64,000 nucleotides of DNA from a bacterium (GCA_021806615.1 JAJZRB010000005.1:4319-68318), one strand, 5' to 3'; counted from the stretch's first letter, positions 28,301 through 35,561 are shown. Translations and numbers: made by a program. Notes: generated from the sequence alone by a model not told the origin.

Positions 28301-28818
28301 TCAGCACCGCTGGCATTTTTTACTAAGGAACCGACCGGAGTAGCGCCATTAGCTAAAACAGCGCCGACAGTGTAGTTGGTGAAGAAAGCATCCGGAACGT
28401 CAACTACTCTCTTGTTCCAGTTAGTACCGTATAGAGCAGCCGCTTGCGCTTCGCTCTGGATCTTTCTGAGAGTGCCGTTAGGTTCAACAGCATAGACAGA
28501 AGGATCGGTAGTGATCTTCACTAACTTCGTACCCGGTCTCATGGTCACATTGCCGCCCAATGGGTAGCTTTGTAATTCAGCTGACGGGATGGTTACCACG
28601 CCGCTGAAATCAGGGTACCAGGAGAAATAAGTAGTGGAGTTAGGGAAGACATATCTCTTGCCATCGGAGCCAAGGTAATATACGGAGGAGTTGCCGGCCA
28701 TTTTGATCAAGTCGCCAGCCGAAGCGGCGGCCGAAGCCGGAGAAACAACGATACCGCTCATCGCGATAACCGATAATACCATTACGCCGATAACTAAGAG
28801 TTTGCGTAATTTTTTCAT
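25357..28818 (-). CDS. S-layer-like / major cell-surface protein, Thr/Ser/Val/Ala/Asn-rich, with repeated beta-sandwich-like modules
   Basis: Signal peptide: MKKLRKLLVIGVMVLSVIAMSGIVVSPASA. I could find no Cys in 1153 aa. Module motifs recur: IYLYDGNTKL, LKLYVDGTQVGS, LAIYVNGSQVGS. The N-terminal repeat occurs twice (GDLIKMAGNSSVYYLGSDGKRYVF and GSLVKNASGADVYYYDGTNYRKV). Confidence 0.65.
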   Translation of the reverse strand: MKKLRKLLVIGVMVLSVIAMSGIVVSPASAAASAGDLIKMAGNSSVYYLGSDGKRYVFPNSTTYFSWYPDFSGVVTIPSAELQSYPLGGNVTMRPGTKLVKITTDPSVYAVEPNGTLRKIQSEAQAAALYGTNWNKRVVDVPDAFFTNYTVGAVLANGATPVGSLVKNASGADVYYYDGTNYRKVANEAALTANRFQLANVITSATTVTAGGTEVSAAETALVNVAQNGGSGPVVTGSGLMVSLSSSTAAASNVVTTSGGGQSIADMATFNFTAANDGAVTVKTLKLKRVGISSDSTLSSIYLYDGNTKLTDAGSLSNGVVTFSNNNGLFTVNAGQTRAITVKADVAANATGNVGFSVNAASDVTSTGASVTGSFPLTGNLMSVVTATDLATVVAGTVTSSGNVNAGTMNATLWSAPLTISNKAVNLKYVSFRQIGSVASDAIQNLKLYVDGTQVGSASSVNSDNRVNFDLSAAPYLLSTGNRTVELRGDIIKGSNTNFSFSIQTASDIVLVDTNYNVNVAATGLPQTTTSANINVGSLVIAADPTFAATQVVKGASNVTLAKYTMKAYGEDMKVTTLNATVLFNGNTASGDGVNNLAIYVNGSQVGSSQNAVVSGATVTGYTATKTYGTTNLFTVPAGSTATVEIKGDLVMNSGSTTSTTITTNAASVAGAFQGVTSFATSGGTTYATKALTIVSTGLSSLSKNNAFASAQNISPNVQKQKIGSFTFQAGSSEAVRATNLAATLAVSGGNIVITNVSNLYTSEDPTNVIGNPIAGVNNFPVNFTLQPGQTKTIDIYADVAQVNDNSTLTVSDLKVSARTVSTNLTADANTAGQVLTFLTGTLSDPTLVSSDAPSALVVGGTSATAAVYKFVATNGAAKITSLKFKVTNNAGTAEGTSVNSLTIGTVSAPVVLSGSDYVAFFDGTLNIDVPVNTVGTNVTVTANYNTVGTNATATRTQSKLTATYVKYQIGSNTPAEKTGLTVAANTMLVVAAKPTVSLSDYVPTSRTLNVGTQEVMRFTVAASNGPVNFKTFTVTPLFNGASTVAVAGVYDINDMATNLIAAPVSLTTTNTPAAVAFSSDSLISSGSSKTYVVKVSVGALGALNSNNLALNLTSADALASGTDWQWNDTTSASYGNGYLVKNLPVNGYSFNY

Positions 28819-29308
28819 AAGTAATGATTAGGATCATTTTAATCGTCCCGGACATTAGAGTCGGAACTAATTATAAATGATATGTGTTCAGTCTGCCGCG
28901 CTAAGACGATCAATCTTTAGGTCGACCGTAAATCAGTCGGAATCCCGCTTCACCAGCTCGCTTTGAGCTTAAGGCGAAGGCCGGCTGATCTTAAAGTCAT
29001 AAGTTCTGCCAGCCGAGCGCGTGTTGCCCGCCAGCTGGAGAAAAGCTTAACCGATTTACCGTTGAAATAAACGAGATCGTTCAAGCGTTTTAGACTGAAA
29101 ATTTAATTTATAAGGGACAAACCCATCTCGTTTCACCGAGACTCGACCCTTTACGCGGTTCGCCAATTCGCAAACGCGAATTTGTTAATTTATCTCTCGC
29201 GGTCTTGTCCAGAGTAGAGGACGGATCTTCTGGCTCGGATCAACCGGTACAGGAGATAAACTAACAAATTAGCGCTTCAACTTATATTTTGAAAATTTAA
29301 TGAAAGAT
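28819..29308 (-). other. 490-bp ORF-free, non-AT-rich spacer upstream of the S-layer-like gene (long leader or unclassified RNA)
   Basis: No ORF of 60 aa or more on either strand. TATAAT on the minus strand lies at about 28876..28871. Several stems are present: AATTCGC-aaac-GCGAATT (~29165..29182), and AAACGAGAT (~29069) pairing with ATCTCGTTT (~29124). Confidence 0.35.
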
Positions 29309-30211
29309 CTATTTGATTATCTCGTCTACTTCCTTGAGCTTGTCGACGGCTTTCGTATAATCTTTCTGATTGAATAACTGGGTCGCTTCATCTAGGATCT
29401 TATCGGCGGCTGAAGGATTATTGACGGCGGCATCAGGCGTAGAACTAGCTTTTTCCAGGCTAGTCGTCGCTCCCTCATCAACCGTCGTCTTATCGGTACT
29501 AGTCGCTTCATCCTTTACAGACGCTTTCTCCACTAAGGATTTAACCGTTCCGGTCGCCTCCTTTACGTCAGGAGCCAAGGCGATATCGGACTTTTCCATC
29601 AGTTTGATTCCCTGTTCATCCTTAGAATTCTCGGCAATCATCACGTCGTCAGTATTGGTCCCCGCTACAGCGCTAGCTGGAGCCGCTTTAGGAGCGGCGG
29701 CCAAACGTCCGATATGGTTCTTAACCGTATTTACTTCCTGCTTGAAACTATCATTCAATTTAGCGACCTGATCTTTATTCGCTTCTGTATTAAAAGCCGG
29801 ATCAGCTAAGACGGCGCTGATATCCTGCGCGTGCTCGCTCGCGAACTGTACGGCGAGCTTATCGCGCTCTTCGGGATTAAAAGTCGTATTTATCTTCACT
29901 TTCTCGGAAATCACCCGAGCGATATATAAAGAATCGTTAGGTTTCGCTTTAGCTAAGATCTGCTGGCTGAATAAACTGCCGGACAGCAAGAGCATCACAA
30001 AAATGCCAAGCGCATAAGCCGGCTGTGAAATGGCTTTCATGGAACTGGAAAAATCAATTAAAAATATTTTCCAAGCCGGCAAATCTACCGCGCCGGAATT
30101 TGATATTTGGGATAATAAAAGAGCCCGATTGCTTTCCAGCCAATTTTTATCGGGGCCTAATTTTTTCAGACTATTTAATTTAGCGATTAGCTCTTGGTCA
30201 GTCATACACAA
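29309..30211 (-). CDS. single-pass membrane protein downstream of the sigma factor (anti-sigma-like / DUF5667-like)
   Basis: One TM segment (AYALGIFVMLLLSGSLF) about 60 aa from the N-terminus. Stop-to-start distance from the sigma gene is 26 nt. The anti-sigma role is inferred from position only. Confidence 0.5.
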   Translation of the reverse strand: MCMTDQELIAKLNSLKKLGPDKNWLESNRALLLSQISNSGAVDLPAWKIFLIDFSSSMKAISQPAYALGIFVMLLLSGSLFSQQILAKAKPNDSLYIARVISEKVKINTTFNPEERDKLAVQFASEHAQDISAVLADPAFNTEANKDQVAKLNDSFKQEVNTVKNHIGRLAAAPKAAPASAVAGTNTDDVMIAENSKDEQGIKLMEKSDIALAPDVKEATGTVKSLVEKASVKDEATSTDKTTVDEGATTSLEKASSTPDAAVNNPSAADKILDEATQLFNQKDYTKAVDKLKEVDEIIK

Positions 30212-30237
30212 TAGTATACGTATAATTAGCTGAAATG

Positions 30238-30846
30238 TTACAGTTTTCCTTCTTTTTCTACGAGTTCTTTAAGGGCGCTTAAAGCCCGATGTAGCGTTAC
30301 CCGGATACTGCCATTGCTTTTTCCGCTAATATCGGCTATTTCTTCTATTGACAAATCATTTATGAATTTCATTATAATGAGTTCCCGATACTCTTCTTTA
30401 AGCTTGGGCATGAGCTTTTTAATCAGGCTCAAGTTAGCTTCCTGGTCTAAGCGTTCCGAAGGGCTTTGCGCTTCATCAATAACATCTATTGGGCGTTCTT
30501 CATTATCTAAAGAAACGGTAATTTTATTGCCTGTTTCGCGGTAATAATCAATAATTGATGTCCTGGCTATCTTATACAAAAGAGACCGCAAAGTTTTAGC
30601 GTCCTCTAAAGTTTTATTCTGGATATAGTTCCAGGTCTTTAAAAAGATAATGGAAGTCAGATCATTAGCCTCTTCGCGCTTCCCTATCTTAAAATAAACG
30701 AAACGATGGATTTCGGCCACGTTTTCGTCATAAATCTTAATGAAAGCCTGTTTGTCTCTATTTTTCAGACGGCTTAGAATCTGCTTATTTTTAAATTTTT
30801 TTATCGGGTTAAGAGCCATGTTGTCAGATATTTTTTCTTTTAACAA
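30238..30846 (-). CDS. RNA polymerase sigma-70 family factor (ECF-like)
   Basis: Region 2 (IHRFVYFKIGKREEANDLTSIIFLKTW) and region 4 HTH (LSIEEIADISGKSNGSIRVTLHRALSALKEL). Confidence 0.85.
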   Translation of the reverse strand: MLKEKISDNMALNPIKKFKNKQILSRLKNRDKQAFIKIYDENVAEIHRFVYFKIGKREEANDLTSIIFLKTWNYIQNKTLEDAKTLRSLLYKIARTSIIDYYRETGNKITVSLDNEERPIDVIDEAQSPSERLDQEANLSLIKKLMPKLKEEYRELIIMKFINDLSIEEIADISGKSNGSIRVTLHRALSALKELVEKEGKL

Positions 30847-31051
30847 AAAATAACGGGAGTCATTTCACCCGCCGCCAACCATAGAAATCAATGTTAAATT
30901 CTGCTGTTTATCCTATCATAATAGGCCCTAAAAAGCAAGTAAATATTGTTAATATTAGGTACGCAAATAAATCTTAAAATGATCATCGCGCAACTATCTT
31001 ATTTTAAAATGACTAATTTATTTATTCTTTTAAATTATATAGCCTACTCTC

Positions 31052-31080
31052 TTGACTTTATTTTATTAAATGAATAATAT
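31052..31080 (+). promoter_or_regulatory. candidate promoter P1 in the AT-rich region
   Basis: TTGACT (31052..31057), a 17-nt spacer, then TAATAT (31075..31080). The predicted TSS falls inside the palindrome at 31085..31096. Confidence 0.45.
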
Positions 31081-31084
31081 AGTA

Positions 31085-31096
31085 AGACTTAAGTCT
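31085..31096. promoter_or_regulatory. 12-bp perfect palindrome AGACTTAAGTCT (operator-like)
   Basis: Self-complementary. It shares the AGACT/AGTCT half-site with the downstream inverted repeats. Confidence 0.5.
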
Positions 31097-31199
31097 AAAT
31101 AAATATGGACTTAAAGATGATTTTTTATCTTGATATATTTCTTTCCCACCAAAATTTTTATAAATTACCGAGCTTGGCTAATTTATAAATTATGTAAAT

Positions 31200-31227
31200 T
31201 TGACATAATTCAATAAATATATACTAT
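31200..31227 (+). promoter_or_regulatory. candidate promoter P2 for the HTH gene
   Basis: TTGACA (31200..31205), a 16-nt spacer, then TACTAT (31222..31227). Confidence 0.35.
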
Positions 31228-31230
31228 TTT

Positions 31231-31250
31231 AGTCTAATATAATATAGACT
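31231..31250. promoter_or_regulatory. inverted repeat AGTCTA-N8-TAGACT (operator-like)
   Basis: 6-bp arms with the same 8-nt spacing as the stronger repeat at 31285..31320. Confidence 0.45.
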
Positions 31251-31284
31251 TAAATAATTATTTTATTTTTTATTAGCATATTTA

Positions 31285-31320
31285 TATATTTAAGTCTAAA
31301 ATAGTCTAGACTTAAATATA
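31285..31320. promoter_or_regulatory. 14-bp perfect inverted repeat TATATTTAAGTCTA-N8-TAGACTTAAATATA, 15 nt upstream of the HTH gene ATG
   Basis: The arms at 31285..31298 and 31307..31320 are exact reverse complements. A nested 10-bp palindrome AGTCTAGACT lies at 31303..31312. AGTCTA half-sites start at 31293 and 31303, 10 bp apart. Confidence 0.7.
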
Positions 31321-31335
31321 TAAATTAACATAAAA

Positions 31336-31602
31336 ATGACACCAGAAGCAAACTTTCCAATTAAAGAAGTGGGCTTCCCTATTTGGGTCTCTGTCTCGGA
31401 AGCCGCTGATCTTGGCGGCGTCCAAGGAAAAACGATCAGACGGGCTATCAAGGCTGATCCTAATTTACGATATAAGATAGTGAAAAATCGTTATCAGATT
31501 GAGCTCGGTTCCCTCCTAACTTTCCTCCATAAGAATACTAAACTCAGAAATAAGCTGGAAAGTTCCGGTTTGGGGCAATACGTATCCGCCTGGAAAGCAT
31601 AA
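31336..31602 (+). CDS. small helix-turn-helix DNA-binding protein (excisionase/MerR-type HTH)
   Basis: VSVSEAADLGGVQGKTIRRAIKA fits the HTH_17-like pattern (xxxxEaAxxLgvsxxTixRxik). 88 aa, followed by a strong terminator. Confidence 0.6.
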   Translation: MTPEANFPIKEVGFPIWVSVSEAADLGGVQGKTIRRAIKADPNLRYKIVKNRYQIELGSLLTFLHKNTKLRNKLESSGLGQYVSAWKA

Positions 31603-31603
31603 A

Positions 31604-31636
31604 AAAAACACTCCGGATTCCGTCGGAGTGTTTTTT
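31604..31636 (+). terminator. rho-independent terminator of the HTH gene
   Basis: ACACTCCG-gattccgt-CGGAGTGT followed by TTTTT. Confidence 0.8.
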
Positions 31637-31662
31637 ATATAGTTTTTTCTAACTGCCTGAAA

Positions 31663-31697
31663 CTGATTACTGATTACTGATTACTGATTACTGATTA
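31663..31697. repeat. (CTGATTA)x5 perfect heptanucleotide tandem repeat
   Basis: 35 nt, five exact units. The last TTA is the HU stop codon (TAA on the minus strand). Confidence 0.95.
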
Positions 31698-31976
31698 AAG
31701 AACCGCATCTTTTACAACCTTGGCTAAACGGAATTTTACTACAGTTTTTGCCGGGATCTTAATGGTTTCACCGGTCGCCGGATTACGGCCTTCTCTGGCC
31801 TTTCTGTGTGCTTTGACTAATTTGCCGAAACCAGGAAGAACGCATTCACCGCTCTTTTTAGCCTCTTTATACACGAAACCGGCTAAAGTATCCATAAAAC
31901 CAGCGGTTTCCTTCTTGCTTAATCCGGTCGCTTCCGCTAAAGCGGCAATCATCTGCGATTTTGTCATTTTTGACAT
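31695..31976 (-). CDS. hup: DNA-binding protein HU
   Basis: LPGFGKLVKAHRKAREGRNPATGETIKIPAKTVVKFR is the canonical HU/IHF arm. 93 aa. Confidence 0.93.
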   Translation of the reverse strand: MSKMTKSQMIAALAEATGLSKKETAGFMDTLAGFVYKEAKKSGECVLPGFGKLVKAHRKAREGRNPATGETIKIPAKTVVKFRLAKVVKDAVL

Positions 31977-32184
31977 AATTTTAGCATGGGGCTTATTAAT
32001 AAATAGTCATAAAGACCGTTTAATAATAATGTCCTTTAATAATTACTATTAAAAATTAATTAATATTTCTTAATATCTAACGGGTGATTTTTAAACAACT
32101 TAGTAAAAGCTCAATGTTTATATAGACATTATAGCACACCTTATAAAATATGCCAATAAACACGGGGGCTTTCAATAACTAGGC

Positions 32185-33087
32185 CTAGTCCTCTCCTTTA
32201 TGGAAGTAATACTGCGGGATCTTATCCAGATGCCAGGCTTCTTTCCATTGGCAATCGCCCAGGCCGGCGTCCCAATGCTTCGCCCCGAGCTCCATGGCTC
32301 TTTCTAAGTTTATTTTATTCAAATATTTCCCTAAGCCAGGGACGGCCGTCTTATTGGCGCCATTTATCAAATACAGATAATTGTCCTTATACAGGACGGA
32401 AAGAGATGCGGCTTGTACCGAGCCACTAACCTCAATGCCGACTATCTGCCAGGAAAAAGGCAGAGACAGCAGATCTCTCCAGCCGTCGCGATCTTCCTTG
32501 AATTGCAGATAAGAATCATTGAACTGAGCGGCGTTAAGCTTGAATAAAAAATCAATATCGGCCTGCCGCCCATAGAATATTTTCGGACTAGCCGCCTCAA
32601 CTTTGCGAAAATCGCTCCGAAAATTACGCTGCTTCTTCGGCGACAAGCGGGCTTTCAAATAATCCTCCCAGCTATTAAGCCCGGCGAGGGGCAGGACATA
32701 TATATAATCTTCAATCGGGAGAGAGCGCGTAAATTCGTCATCGCCGGAAATATCATCACATTTAACCAGCCCGCTCGCGGCTTCATATAATTTAGGAATA
32801 ATGTCTTCTCTCCCGGCCTTGATAAAAGGCCGGCTCTCTTCGCAATGCTCCTCAGCAAAAAACTCCCAGCCGCCCCAGGACTCATTATATTCTAGCGGCA
32901 ATAATCCGACAGCCTCTCGCCGCCCTGATCCGCCCTCCTCTTCGGCCGCTAAAAAAGAGATAGGATACGGCTTATGCTTATAAAAAGAATAGCGAAAATC
33001 CCATTCGTCAAAGATGGTGGCATTAGGAGTAAGGGCGCGCCAGAGGGATTCCGCCTCTTTTAAGTCTGTAACTTTTCGGATGATCAT
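32185..33087 (-). CDS. FemAB/CelD-like GNAT-fold acyl/aminoacyl transferase (Acetyltransf_6-like)
   Basis: 300 aa. The C-terminal pattern LYLINGANKTAVPGLGKYL...GLGDCQWKEAWHL resembles the CelD/BcsL-FemAB type. Its ATG lies 2 nt after the ATP-grasp stop codon. Confidence 0.5.
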   Translation of the reverse strand: MIIRKVTDLKEAESLWRALTPNATIFDEWDFRYSFYKHKPYPISFLAAEEEGGSGRREAVGLLPLEYNESWGGWEFFAEEHCEESRPFIKAGREDIIPKLYEAASGLVKCDDISGDDEFTRSLPIEDYIYVLPLAGLNSWEDYLKARLSPKKQRNFRSDFRKVEAASPKIFYGRQADIDFLFKLNAAQFNDSYLQFKEDRDGWRDLLSLPFSWQIVGIEVSGSVQAASLSVLYKDNYLYLINGANKTAVPGLGKYLNKINLERAMELGAKHWDAGLGDCQWKEAWHLDKIPQYYFHKGED

Positions 33088-33089
33088 AA

Positions 33090-35558
33090 TTACATTATGT
33101 TCGGCTGGAGATGATAGTAAGGCGGGTTATCCTTATAGCGCTTGATGGCCAGGCGGATTATTTCCTCAAGAAAATCCCCGTAGTCCAGGCCGACGACTTC
33201 CGCCGAAGCGGAGAAAGTCCCTTCCGCGTCTAAAGAAGGATTGGGATTAAGCTCTAAAACGTAAGGATTATTATTCTTATCAACCCGTATTTCCACGCGT
33301 CCGTAGTCATGGCAATCCAGTATATTATAGGTATCCAAGGCGATCTCCCCTAAGAGCGTCTCTAATTTCTTATTAATATTCTTCGGCGGACGCTGGACTA
33401 AGATCTTATTATACTCGCCGCCATCCGTATATTTCGCCTCAAAAGGATAAATATGCCATAAATTTTCCGGCAGGGCGTCAAAGATAGAACGAGCGAGCGG
33501 CAAAACGCGCAGATCGTCTTCTTCGCTTCCGATTATCGGGACATCATATTCGTCACCATCTATATATTCTTCTATCAAGGCGGGGCGCCGCACTTCTTTC
33601 AGGACTCTCTCTAACTGGCGATAGAGTTCTTCCTTATTCCTGACTACCGAGTCATTAGTGATGCCGATAGAATTATCGGTATTAGCCGGCTTGACGATGA
33701 GGGGATATTTCAAATCATCTCGGATATCATCATCCAGCGAATAGACATAATCCCATTCCGGGGTCGGAATCTTGTGATAGCTCAACAATTTCTTGACCCT
33801 TATCTTATCGATGCACAGGCCCAGAGTAAAAGGATTGGAACCGGTATAAGGAATCTGCAAGGTATCGAAGATAGCGGCGGCATGCGGCTCTAATAAGCTG
33901 GAATTATTTATCCGTTCGCAAACATTAAAAATCAGGTCAACATCGCTGTTTTTAAGCTCATTAAAAGCTTTGGGCAGATCATTAAAATCAAAAAAGCTTA
34001 TCTTATACCCCCGCTCACGCAAGGTTTTTTCAATATCCCGGCCGATGACGGTCAGATCGTTTTCTACGGCCGTCTCCTGATCGGCGGCCGCTTCTTCATA
34101 CAGATTACAGGCGATGCCCACGTGCAGGTTGCGCTGGCTGGTGATAGCCATGCGCCTTATCTTCTCGATCTTGGAGCGGCGCTTGAGAATATCCACGTTT
34201 ATCGCCGAAACGGAAAATGGCGAACGGCGCGTCGTCTTGCCGATAGAAGAGGCCGGGTGGAATTTCGCGACTTCATAGCTCACCATCTTTTCCACTTCGC
34301 GCAGGTTATCTTGAGCGTCCAGAGCGTTGCTGCCGGTAACCAGTATCCAACCCAGATATTCATAGCCGTCGGGCGGGGATAGGACGGAGTCTCCGATTTT
34401 CTTTTCAAACTGGAATTCCCTGACATAAGGCTGGCGCTTCAGATCCTCGGCTATTTCCAGCTGGACCACGATGCCGGAATAGTTAGCCGAGAAAGTGTCC
34501 GCGATCAAATATTCATAGGGACCGTTCGGAAATTCAAATTTCGGGATATAGATGCCGCAGGCGATCTTAAGGAGATTTTCTATCAGATCGACATGCCAAG
34601 CGGCTTTTACGCTCGGATAGACCTCGTCTCCTCCGAGGCGTAAATTTATCTCTAAGGGCACCGGGCCGCGAGGCGTAGACTTGGCTTCAAAATGGATGCA
34701 GCCGTTCAAGACTCCTAATTTTTCCAAGCTTTCATCAGCCATGGCCAGAAGTTCGGCCTGATTTTTCAGCGGCAAGCTGGAGGGCGTCGTCCGCGTCGTC
34801 TCAATGAAAAACGGCTCCTTAGTCTTGCCATTATCGGAAATAGCATAAAATTTTATCTTGCCGTTCTGGATAAGGATGTCCAAGTCCACTTCGTCGCCGT
34901 CGATATATTCCTCCACGAAAACCTCCAAGCCGTCGTTCAAGGCCGACTCTATCTTAGGCGAAATGTCTTTCTTGATATAGTTATAGCTTTCGCGCAATTC
35001 TTCTTCATTATTTACTTTGACCACAAAAGCGCTCGCCGCGCCGTAAGCCGGCTTGACCACGAGCGGAAACTTGAATGTTTTCACTACCTCGTCAAGATCT
35101 TTCGGCCCTTTCAGTTCGCGAAAACGGACAGCCGGCAGATGATTAGCAGCGCAAAATTCCCGTAAAGCATATTTATTACGGACGCGGTTGGCGACTTTAT
35201 AAGGCGTACCGATCAATTTATACCTATCGGCTATCTTAGCCGTCAAAAGGACGTCATCTTCTAAGAATGTGATGACCCCATCCAGCTTTATGTCCGGATT
35301 ATTCTTTAGAAAAACATCTAGCGCTTCCAGCGCTTCCGCGTAGTTGAGGGTATTGGCGGTCACGCTATAGTCTACATAAGGCTGGAAGCTGCTGGCTTCC
35401 CGGCTCAAGACGATAACCCGAAGACCAAGGCTTTTTACCTTGCGAATGAAAGATTTTTTAGAGTGGAGAGGGTCGTTGGCTCCGGCCGTATTAACGACCA
35501 GGACCGTCTTATCTATCAGCGAACTGCGGTGCGAATCCGGGTTCCCATTGCCGTTCAT
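33090..35558 (-). CDS. fusion of two ATP-grasp ligase modules (N-terminal carboxylate-amine-ligase-like + C-terminal D-Ala-D-Ala-ligase-like)
   Basis: Module 1: FPLVVKPAYGAASAFVVKV, VEEYIDGDEVDLD, LEINLRLGGD. Module 2: LQIPYTGSNPFTLGLCIDKIRVKKLL, YPLIVKPANTDNSIGI, LIEEYIDGDEYDVPIIG, YGRVEIRVDKNNNPYVLELNPNPSL. Confidence 0.8.
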   Translation of the reverse strand: MNGNGNPDSHRSSLIDKTVLVVNTAGANDPLHSKKSFIRKVKSLGLRVIVLSREASSFQPYVDYSVTANTLNYAEALEALDVFLKNNPDIKLDGVITFLEDDVLLTAKIADRYKLIGTPYKVANRVRNKYALREFCAANHLPAVRFRELKGPKDLDEVVKTFKFPLVVKPAYGAASAFVVKVNNEEELRESYNYIKKDISPKIESALNDGLEVFVEEYIDGDEVDLDILIQNGKIKFYAISDNGKTKEPFFIETTRTTPSSLPLKNQAELLAMADESLEKLGVLNGCIHFEAKSTPRGPVPLEINLRLGGDEVYPSVKAAWHVDLIENLLKIACGIYIPKFEFPNGPYEYLIADTFSANYSGIVVQLEIAEDLKRQPYVREFQFEKKIGDSVLSPPDGYEYLGWILVTGSNALDAQDNLREVEKMVSYEVAKFHPASSIGKTTRRSPFSVSAINVDILKRRSKIEKIRRMAITSQRNLHVGIACNLYEEAAADQETAVENDLTVIGRDIEKTLRERGYKISFFDFNDLPKAFNELKNSDVDLIFNVCERINNSSLLEPHAAAIFDTLQIPYTGSNPFTLGLCIDKIRVKKLLSYHKIPTPEWDYVYSLDDDIRDDLKYPLIVKPANTDNSIGITNDSVVRNKEELYRQLERVLKEVRRPALIEEYIDGDEYDVPIIGSEEDDLRVLPLARSIFDALPENLWHIYPFEAKYTDGGEYNKILVQRPPKNINKKLETLLGEIALDTYNILDCHDYGRVEIRVDKNNNPYVLELNPNPSLDAEGTFSASAEVVGLDYGDFLEEIIRLAIKRYKDNPPYYHLQPNIM

Positions 35559-35561
35559 AAA

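Noticed and set aside
28819-29308. tmRNA, SRP RNA or 6S RNA in the long ORF-free spacer
   Set aside because: I found no GGTTCGAnTCC-type T-arm with a pairing acceptor stem, no tag-peptide ORF ending in hydrophobic residues plus a stop, and no SRP domain IV motif. GGGATTCCGAC only superficially resembles the tmRNA 5' GGAUUCGAC. A covariance-model scan is still needed.
31663-31697. The heptamer repeat as a mini-CRISPR or other spacer-containing array
   Set aside because: The units are contiguous with no spacers and are far too short. It is a simple tandem repeat.
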